DNA of 35,764 nt, from NCBI GenBank assembly GCA_041641755.1, contig JBEPXS010000001.1, forward strand, positions 1 to 35,764, given 5' to 3'. The notes beneath the pieces are model-generated. The model saw only the letters and a list, made by a program, of their open reading frames with translations. It was not told where the DNA came from and did no database searches. How positions within the stretch are numbered: the first letter of the stretch is position 1; each line of letters begins with the position of its first letter. The position numbers were made by a program, and so were the translations under genes. This stretch comes from Balneolaceae bacterium (GTDB lineage: Bacteria > Bacteroidota > Rhodothermia > Balneolales > Balneolaceae). Below are positions 29,390 through 35,764 of the stretch, piece by piece.

Positions 29390-30085
29390 CTAAATTATCG
29401 GAATAAGCAAGCCACTCAATATTAGGACTCCAGCCCAAATTAAGTCGATATTAAACCAAGCTGATTTGAGCAGCCGAAGCCCTAGCTTTTCGTATATAAT
29501 GACGGCGAGAATTCCCATGACAAGCAGGTAACCAATGGTGTGGACCAGTATTACAAGTATGCCGATCATCGGTTCTGTGGGCAAATTCAACAAGACGGTG
29601 GCATGACTGGCATGATCCACCACCATACCAGCTTCATGACTGTGCATATGTAAAGTAGAGATTGTAGAATTCGAGGTCATACCGTTAAAAAGGAACGGTA
29701 ACACCATTAGACCAGCACCGTGCGCTGAGGCCATCAGAAATGACCAGGTGGCAAGCTGGCGAAAGTTGACCTGCATGCCACCATACCGGGGATGACGATT
29801 TCGGATCAACTTGTAAATACCGAAAGCAACCAGAATCCCGGCCACGAGCCATTTGAGTATTTCAAAAGGAATTACAAGACCAATAATACCAACCACAAAC
29901 AGTGTAACTCCGATAGCCAGAGCGTGACCGAGGGCAAGAGGAAACAGAGCCGACCAGACGGCGGCCCTGCGTTGTTCCTGTAATCCCAGACTCACGGCGA
30001 ACAGCCATCCCATTCCCGGGTTTATTCCATGGAATACACCCAGTAACATGAGCATTGCAAAGGTTAAAAACAGTTCAGAAAACAT
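29390..30085 (-). CDS. His-rich polytopic membrane protein (NiCoT/RcnA-like fold, possible metal transporter)
   Basis: ATG at 30085, 10 bp after the SBP56 stop; GVFHGINPGMGW, ALGHAL, MASAHGAG, loop HMHSHEAGMVVDHASH, VHTIGY. Confidence 0.75.
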   Translation of the reverse strand: MFSELFLTFAMLMLLGVFHGINPGMGWLFAVSLGLQEQRRAAVWSALFPLALGHALAIGVTLFVVGIIGLVIPFEILKWLVAGILVAFGIYKLIRNRHPRYGGMQVNFRQLATWSFLMASAHGAGLMVLPFLFNGMTSNSTISTLHMHSHEAGMVVDHASHATVLLNLPTEPMIGILVILVHTIGYLLVMGILAVIIYEKLGLRLLKSAWFNIDLIWAGVLILSGLLIPII

Positions 30086-30095
30086 GATGTCGGGA

Positions 30096-31514
30096 TTAAT
30101 TTTTATTCGAATAACAGAAAGAATCCGAGGAGGTGTCCCCACCCTGAAGACGGACCTGGTGTGGACGAAGTCCGTCAAACTCCAGGAAGAAAGACTCATC
30201 GAATCTCATTTCACCTTTATTGGGCTTTGCGTTTATTTTTGTCATCCATCCCTTGATCCCATCCGGGTAGAACTGCTCATCCCATGGGGAATAGAGCGAG
30301 TTGGTAAGGTAGATACGACGCCCGTCACGGCTGATTTCCACCATCTGTGGCCCGCCATTACGCGGAACTTCCGGAGTAGCAGGATGTGCTTCGCGACGGA
30401 CGATACCGCCAATGTGTAAAGAGTCTGTAAACTTCGGATCGAAGGGATCACTGACATCATACTGGCGCAATTCGCCTGTTCCCCAGCAGGATACGTAAAG
30501 ATATTGATCGTCAAGCGACAGGTTGATATCGGTTACCAACGGGGGTACGGCCTCAAAGCCCTGGAGCAGTGGAGGAAGATCTTTTGTATCGGCCGGTTCA
30601 GCCGGTATCGTGATTACTTTTTTCGTTTTCCATTTGGCTTTCCCATTTTGGCCCTCCCGGAACCAGAGGAAGATAGATGCGGAGAGATCTTTAAGTGAGA
30701 GTACCACCCCGGCAAATCCGTAGGCTTTTTGGGGATTGTGCGCCGGGCGAAGCTCCAAAACCATCTGGTGTTCGGAGCCAAGATCCAGCGTCTGTTTGTG
30801 ATCGTGGCTGCGCAGGTCCCAGATGTGGAGGGCATGCCCATATTTTCCGTTTAGGAGCAGTTCAGGGTCAACACCCTTGGATACCATCTCGGGGGTTCCC
30901 CACTCGCTGGTAATCATGGTGTCGTAGCCCAGGTGCCACCAAAAATCATATGAAAGGTATTGGTCACCGCGGTTTCGTTCCCAGGGTCCGATGACATCGA
31001 AAGTCTCATGATCAAGCATAAAGATACCGCCGGGACCACCACCATCGGCTGAGCCCAATGCATTAACATAGAGACCATTAGGACCACAGTGTACAGTGTG
31101 AGGGGCGGAATAACCCGTTTTCTCCTTTATGGTTTCTGGTTCTATAATCTTAATCAATTGAGGATTACGCGGGTCCGGTTTTGTATCAATGATATGGATA
31201 CGTGAGGAGTGTATTCCCGGAACGATCAGATATCTTCGCTCCACGTGGGCATGGGGAGCATAACCACACAGGTGAGAGCTGCATGCATTCCAGCCGAAAT
31301 GGTGCAGTTCATTATCCGAACCGGGCAGCTCCACTTTTTGAATGAGCTCACCATAGGTTTTTGAATTGGGATCGACATCGACTACCCCAATGGCGTCTTT
31401 TTTTCCTGCACCGTTCGGGTTAAACATTGCAACGTAGGCTACCTCCTCATCCGGCGCATCCATCGCCATTTGCGGCGAGGTATAAAATGTTTCATCGGGT
31501 TTCCACTTACTCAT
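30096..31514 (-). CDS. Selenium-binding protein SBP56 / methanethiol oxidase family
   Basis: ELHHFGWNACSS, SSRIHIIDT, PHTVHC, YDFWW, TSEWG, GGPQMVEISRDG.RIY.TNSLYSPWD.QFYP, RLQGGD.SSD; AGGAG SD; no signal peptide. Confidence 0.93.
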   Translation of the reverse strand: MSKWKPDETFYTSPQMAMDAPDEEVAYVAMFNPNGAGKKDAIGVVDVDPNSKTYGELIQKVELPGSDNELHHFGWNACSSHLCGYAPHAHVERRYLIVPGIHSSRIHIIDTKPDPRNPQLIKIIEPETIKEKTGYSAPHTVHCGPNGLYVNALGSADGGGPGGIFMLDHETFDVIGPWERNRGDQYLSYDFWWHLGYDTMITSEWGTPEMVSKGVDPELLLNGKYGHALHIWDLRSHDHKQTLDLGSEHQMVLELRPAHNPQKAYGFAGVVLSLKDLSASIFLWFREGQNGKAKWKTKKVITIPAEPADTKDLPPLLQGFEAVPPLVTDINLSLDDQYLYVSCWGTGELRQYDVSDPFDPKFTDSLHIGGIVRREAHPATPEVPRNGGPQMVEISRDGRRIYLTNSLYSPWDEQFYPDGIKGWMTKINAKPNKGEMRFDESFFLEFDGLRPHQVRLQGGDTSSDSFCYSNKN

Positions 31515-31586
31515 GATAATTCTCCTTTTTTTATTAAAGGTTTATTTTTGATCAGGTGTTTTGGATTTAATTCCTGTTAATTGAAT

Positions 31587-31602
31587 TCCATATATCGTGC
31601 CA
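31587..31602 (-). promoter_or_regulatory. Putative sigma54 -24/-12 promoter of the SBP56 operon
   Basis: Minus strand TGGCACG-ATAT-ATGGA: perfect -24 box and imperfect -12 box (GG instead of GC), about 73 bp before the ATG and next to a sigma54 activator gene. Confidence 0.65.
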
Positions 31603-31673
31603 AAAAGCAGGAGTGTATGTAAGTATTTGCAGGACAGTGGGTTAAGCACTTGGTAGGGAGGAATGAATTATTA

Positions 31674-31716
31674 CGATATATCGCTATTCACGAGATTTCG
31701 TGACCGAATTTCGTGA
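31674..31716. promoter_or_regulatory. Tandem palindromic enhancer (UAS) sites for the sigma54 activator
   Basis: CGATATATCG (31674-83), TCACGAGATTTCGTGA (31688-703) and CGAATTTCGTGA (31705-16), 70-115 bp upstream of the -24 box. Confidence 0.65.
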
Positions 31717-31768
31717 TTGTGAGTTAACTTCAGCCAGGTAGAAAGAGTGTTAAGCAAGCAAAAAACGG

Positions 31769-33703
31769 TTATTCGGAAGGTCGTTTAATGTCAAGTGCTT
31801 TCATTCTGGAGCTAAACGTGGATGGAGGGATGCCAATCAAATTAGCGGCTCCTTCTTCACCGGCTACTTGCCAATCGGTTTTCTTTAGCGCCTGAATCAT
31901 GTTTTGACGTTCCAGCTGTTTCAATTCACCTGAAGTCAATACACGATCGTCGGACAAAGTTGAGGAGGAGGTATTCCTATTTCGGATAGTTCCCGACAAT
32001 AGTCTGCACAGATCAAGATTTCCATCCGGGGAAGTGATTACGGCTCGTTCAATAATATTTTGCAACTCCCGGACATTACCCGGCCAATCGTATGATTTAA
32101 GCCAATTTATGTCAGCTTCAGATAGGGGTTTCATTATGCATCCGATCTGCTGGGAAAATCGTTCGATGAAGGTCTCAGCCAGCAGCATGATATCTTTTCC
32201 CCGTTCCCTGAGCGGGGGAATATAAATGGGAAATACATTCAGACGATAGTAAAGATCGGCCCGAAAGCTTCCTTCGCGAATCATTTTTTTTAGATTACGA
32301 TTAGTGGCAGCGATAATCCGAACATCCACTTTTCGCGTTACCGAAGATCCGACGGGTTCGAACTCACCTTCCTGGAGAATCCGCAGCAACTTCGGCTGCA
32401 GCTCTGTAGGCAGTTCTCCGATCTCATCAAGAAATATCGTTCCTTGATCGGCAAGAGCAAACCGCCCTTTTCTCTGTTCTGTTGCGCCGGTGAAGGCGCC
32501 CTTTTCATGACCAAAAAACTCGCTTTCTATTAGAGATTCCGGGATGGAGGCACAATTCACCTTGATCAGTGGCTTGTCTTTTCTTCTGCTTTTTCCGTGG
32601 ATGGCCCTGGCTACCAGCTCTTTTCCGGTGCCAGTCTCACCGAATATCAGTACAGCAGCATTGGTTCCAGCCACTTGGTCAATTTCGTCTAATACCCGTT
32701 GCATACATGAACTCTTACCGATTATCTCGTCTGAGTTGTGAATCTGGTCTATCTCCTCACGAAGATATTCGGATTCGGCTGATAACGAGTCAATTCTTTT
32801 TTCTGCCTTAATGCGGTCTGTTATATTGCGAAGTACAAGATTAAAATAGGTATTTCTGTTGTGTTCGTAGCAGGAGAGAGTGGCCTCTAGCTGGAAGGAC
32901 GTACCTTCTTTAGCCAGGGCTTTGAATCCACCCGGGATCCAGAGGTAACGCTTTCCCAACGGACGTTTTTGCAGCCCGTTCAAAAGATTTTTCAATTTTC
33001 GAGCTGACTCAGCCACCAGGTATCGCTCGAAAGACTGTCCCAACATATTTTTTTGTTCGCCGTCTTCAAAAAGCTCGAGTGCGGCTCTGTTGACCTGCGT
33101 GATAGTCAGGTGAGAATCGATTTCTATGATGGCGTCCATGGCACTGTCGAATAGGCGGCTAAGCTGCCCTTCACGTTCCCGTAGCTGTTGTTCTGCCCGT
33201 ATCCGGCGGAGTTCCGAAGCACCACGATCAGCAAAAATTTTGAAAAGAGTCAGGTTATGATACTTTTCCGGCATTTCCTGAGTATCCATGACCGCAAGAT
33301 TACCCAGAACATTTCCATCAAGGTCGAGAAGAGGTGTCCCCAGATAACTCACAGCCATATATTTCTGAAGATCGGGATCATCAGGGAAGAGCTTGATAAC
33401 GTGTTTGGGGATATGAAGCATGTCTTTCTTACCCACAACAATTTCGCAAGGAGTTCCAATTATATCATACTCAAATCCCTCCACAAAACGGTCTTCTACC
33501 CAAAAAGCCAAGGCCCTCAGTTTCTGTTCTTCTTTAATATACTCTGTAATCCAGGCACTATGGGTATCTAATGCCGTAGCAAGTTGTTTGACGAGTTCAC
33601 GGAAAAATTTTTTCCCCGTGTGTGCAGCTGTTCCCTCCAGAATTGCCCGCAGGGCTTCCTGCTCCTCAAGGGATTTGCCTTTATATTGCTTATTATTGCT
33701 CAT
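31769..33703 (-). CDS. Sigma54-dependent activator, GAF-PAS-AAA+-HTH (FhlA-like)
   Basis: GAF ([14 protein letters not shown]), PAS (DSAMDAII), [57 protein letters not shown]. Confidence 0.95.
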   Translation of the reverse strand: MSNNKQYKGKSLEEQEALRAILEGTAAHTGKKFFRELVKQLATALDTHSAWITEYIKEEQKLRALAFWVEDRFVEGFEYDIIGTPCEIVVGKKDMLHIPKHVIKLFPDDPDLQKYMAVSYLGTPLLDLDGNVLGNLAVMDTQEMPEKYHNLTLFKIFADRGASELRRIRAEQQLREREGQLSRLFDSAMDAIIEIDSHLTITQVNRAALELFEDGEQKNMLGQSFERYLVAESARKLKNLLNGLQKRPLGKRYLWIPGGFKALAKEGTSFQLEATLSCYEHNRNTYFNLVLRNITDRIKAEKRIDSLSAESEYLREEIDQIHNSDEIIGKSSCMQRVLDEIDQVAGTNAAVLIFGETGTGKELVARAIHGKSRRKDKPLIKVNCASIPESLIESEFFGHEKGAFTGATEQRKGRFALADQGTIFLDEIGELPTELQPKLLRILQEGEFEPVGSSVTRKVDVRIIAATNRNLKKMIREGSFRADLYYRLNVFPIYIPPLRERGKDIMLLAETFIERFSQQIGCIMKPLSEADINWLKSYDWPGNVRELQNIIERAVITSPDGNLDLCRLLSGTIRNRNTSSSTLSDDRVLTSGELKQLERQNMIQALKKTDWQVAGEEGAANLIGIPPSTFSSRMKALDIKRPSE

Positions 33704-33981
33704 GAGTAATCATTAGCAATTGTTTTTATTGGGCTTACCCGTATTTATGAGATAATTTACTGCACTTTTCAAACAGATCAAATCATCTCTGTAAATTTTT
33801 TTTACAAAATCATACATTTCTAAAATGTATGTTCGGTTTCACAACGTTGCTCTATTAATAAATCCAGTGGGATCGGACACGAATTGGCAAACCGGTTTCA
33901 TATATTTAGTTTCCTGGAAGTAGAAAGCGTTCTTAGAACCTTGTTACATTCATTACAATAATTAAGCCACTTAGTTTTACA

Positions 33982-35764
33982 ATGGTTTTCAGCTCCCGCA
34001 GTATTATTTTATATCTCTTTGTGATTCTCCAGGTTTTTGCTTTTGAAAGAATTGCCGCCAATCCTGATTCACTGGATGTCCATGTGTGGGAATTCTATGA
34101 ACTCACCTTTGAAGCAGAAAATGAATACGATAATTATTACACTGACGTACGGATGTGGGTAAAGCTTGAAGGCCCGGACTTCTCAAAACGAGTCTACGGC
34201 TTTTGGGATGGGGGAAATACCTTTAAGGTACGGCTGGTGGCCACGGAACCAGGTAAGTGGACCTGGACCAGCGGATCGAATCAACCGGATGATGAAGGAC
34301 TTAATGGTCACACAGGTTCATTTTATGCCCAGGAGTGGACGGTTGAAGAAAAAGCAGCTAATCCCAATCGACATGGATTTATCAGATCCACACCCGGCGG
34401 CCATGCCCTGCAGTATGCTGACGGTACACCCTTTTTTATGACTGGTGACACCTGGCTGGCCGGGGCCACATGGCGGTTGCCTTTTGAAGGAACAAAACCA
34501 TCAAAAGAGTATGAACCCGGACCGGGCATCGGGTTCGAGGAAGCGGTGATCTATCGTAAACAGCAGGGATTCAATTCGGTAAGCATGATATCCTGTTTCC
34601 CGAACTGGGATGCTGACATACACCCAAGCACCTATGCTGATTCCAACGGAATCTATCTGCGTAATGCCTGGGAGAAGTTCGGATACGATGTATCGGATGC
34701 GACCGGGACCGATGCTTCGGGCGGTGACAGCTATTGGGGATCGTTCACGGCCAAGAATATGCGTGACGAATATGGTCACCTGCCGTTTGAAATGTCGGAA
34801 AAACACAACGGGGTCTCTGATTTTAACAAGATCAACCCGGAATACTTCCAGAGCCTGGATAAGAAAATGGAATATTTGTCTGACCAGGGATTCGTACCCC
34901 TGCTGGAAACGGTTCGACGGGATGTCGGTCCCTCATGGAACGCATACTACGATTTTAAGAAAACCTTTGCCCGCTTTGTGCAGTATTTGATTTCCCGTTA
35001 CGGGGCCTATAACATGATTTTCAGTGGTATTCACCTGGACTGGATTCCCGATGAATACAGCCTTACGGCCGAACAGTTCAATGAAGCTTTGACCTATCAC
35101 CTGGAGGAATATGGGCCTCTTCCGTTCGGGCAACCCTATAGTACACTCATCAATAATTCAACGTATATGCAGTTTGATCATGGCGAGGAAGCTCCATGGT
35201 TAGATATGCACAGTGTGGGTAATAATCCCCGTCACCACGGAGTGTACGAGTATATGGAAACAGTTTTTGGTCTCGAACCAGCGTATCCGGTCATTAATTT
35301 TGAGCCGTATTATACCGGTTGGGATCACAGTCTCAACAAGCCGGCCGGAGAGCGCCCTCCGGCAAACTCTGCCCGCGATAACTATTTTGCACGAGCCCAG
35401 ATGTATGGTTCGGTATTATCGGGAGGTTTGCCGGGGCATGTGCATGGTACCGCTTCCTATGACATGACTACAACCGGGGAGCCCGAGGGGGCACGGCCGC
35501 ATGTTTGGGAAGCATTTAAATATGAGTCCGGCCGTTATATGAAGCACTTGAAAGAGTTCATGCTTTCGGAAGGGGATAAGTATCGTGATCTGAGGTTGGC
35601 GACAGACCAAATAACTCCACGAAAAGCACCGGGCAGCCCCGCGGACGGGCTGGATGGCTGGTCGTTTATGATGCGCACGCAGGAAAAGGATTTTGCGTTG
35701 CTTTATTTTGAAAATGGAGCTGTTTTGCCTGAACTAAAGGGGTTTGATCCCCAGGCAAATTACC
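33982..35764 (+). CDS. Secreted DUF5060 + DUF4038 (apiosidase-like putative glycoside hydrolase) protein, 3'-partial
   Basis: Translated by hand; the frame is open from ATG 33982 to the window end. Signal-like N-terminus, VWEFYELTF, GFWDGGNTFKVR..ATEPGKWTW, YADGTPFF.TGDTW, QGFN, INPEYFQSLD, RYGAYN, NFEPYY. Confidence 0.88.
   Translation, partial: MVFSSRSIILYLFVILQVFAFERIAANPDSLDVHVWEFYELTFEAENEYDNYYTDVRMWVKLEGPDFSKRVYGFWDGGNTFKVRLVATEPGKWTWTSGSNQPDDEGLNGHTGSFYAQEWTVEEKAANPNRHGFIRSTPGGHALQYADGTPFFMTGDTWLAGATWRLPFEGTKPSKEYEPGPGIGFEEAVIYRKQQGFNSVSMISCFPNWDADIHPSTYADSNGIYLRNAWEKFGYDVSDATGTDASGGDSYWGSFTAKNMRDEYGHLPFEMSEKHNGVSDFNKINPEYFQSLDKKMEYLSDQGFVPLLETVRRDVGPSWNAYYDFKKTFARFVQYLISRYGAYNMIFSGIHLDWIPDEYSLTAEQFNEALTYHLEEYGPLPFGQPYSTLINNSTYMQFDHGEEAPWLDMHSVGNNPRHHGVYEYMETVFGLEPAYPVINFEPYYTGWDHSLNKPAGERPPANSARDNYFARAQMYGSVLSGGLPGHVHGTASYDMTTTGEPEGARPHVWEAFKYESGRYMKHLKEFMLSEGDKYRDLRLATDQITPRKAPGSPADGLDGWSFMMRTQEKDFALLYFENGAVLPELKGFDPQANY

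Noticed and set aside
30086-30199. N-terminal extension of the membrane protein given in the ORF track
   Set aside because: It overlaps the conserved SBP56 C-terminus by over 100 nt. ATG 30085 is the more plausible start.
33885-33900. Second sigma54-like site TGGCAAACCGGTTTCA before the DUF4038 gene
   Set aside because: Both boxes deviate (the -12 lacks the G) and there are no UAS palindromes nearby.
306-35610. Numerous 60-150 aa antisense or alternate-frame ORFs (e.g. 306-737, 5441-5893, 24231-24614, 34610-34990)
   Set aside because: They lie within well-supported genes and show no family motifs; treated as shadow ORFs.
1-35764. CRISPR array, IS element, prophage, tRNA/rRNA
   Set aside because: By eye I found no regularly spaced repeats, transposase, integrase or phage genes, or cloverleaf/rRNA signatures.

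Overview
A 35.8-kb bacterial chromosomal segment with about 32 protein-coding loci. I see no rRNA, tRNA, CRISPR array, transposase or integrase. The cold-shock protein and the mostly SD-less, A-rich starts suggest Balneolota/Bacteroidota (Balneolaceae-like); this is inference. From left to right: (1) a decaying minus-strand operon of a GltD-like flavoprotein plus a four-subunit pyruvate:ferredoxin oxidoreductase (porC-D-A-B), with 3 in-frame TAGs, 1 frameshift and strong SD sites; (2) csp with its terminator, kup, and an MgtC/DUF4010 protein; (3) an intact LigD polymerase domain next to a 240-bp collapsed remnant of the LigD phosphoesterase and ligase genes, and a disrupted APC permease-USP fusion; (4) a USP, a secreted protein, an esterase, an archaeal-type sulfide:quinone oxidoreductase and a second MgtC/DUF4010 protein; (5) a tightly coupled operon of an anti-sigma/GNAT fusion, STAS protein, flavin reductase and M20 peptidase; (6) a cytochrome c fused to a probable outer-membrane beta-barrel, followed by a pentaheme cytochrome; (7) an orphan CheR, an M28 peptidase, a CPBP protease and a membrane PP2C phosphatase; (8) a GAF-PAS sigma54 activator with readable enhancer palindromes and a -24/-12 promoter upstream of an SBP56/methanethiol-oxidase-family gene and a His-rich membrane protein; (9) a DUF5060/DUF4038 protein that runs off the right edge and is missing from the ORF track. 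The best candidates for undescribed systems are (6), (5) and (8).
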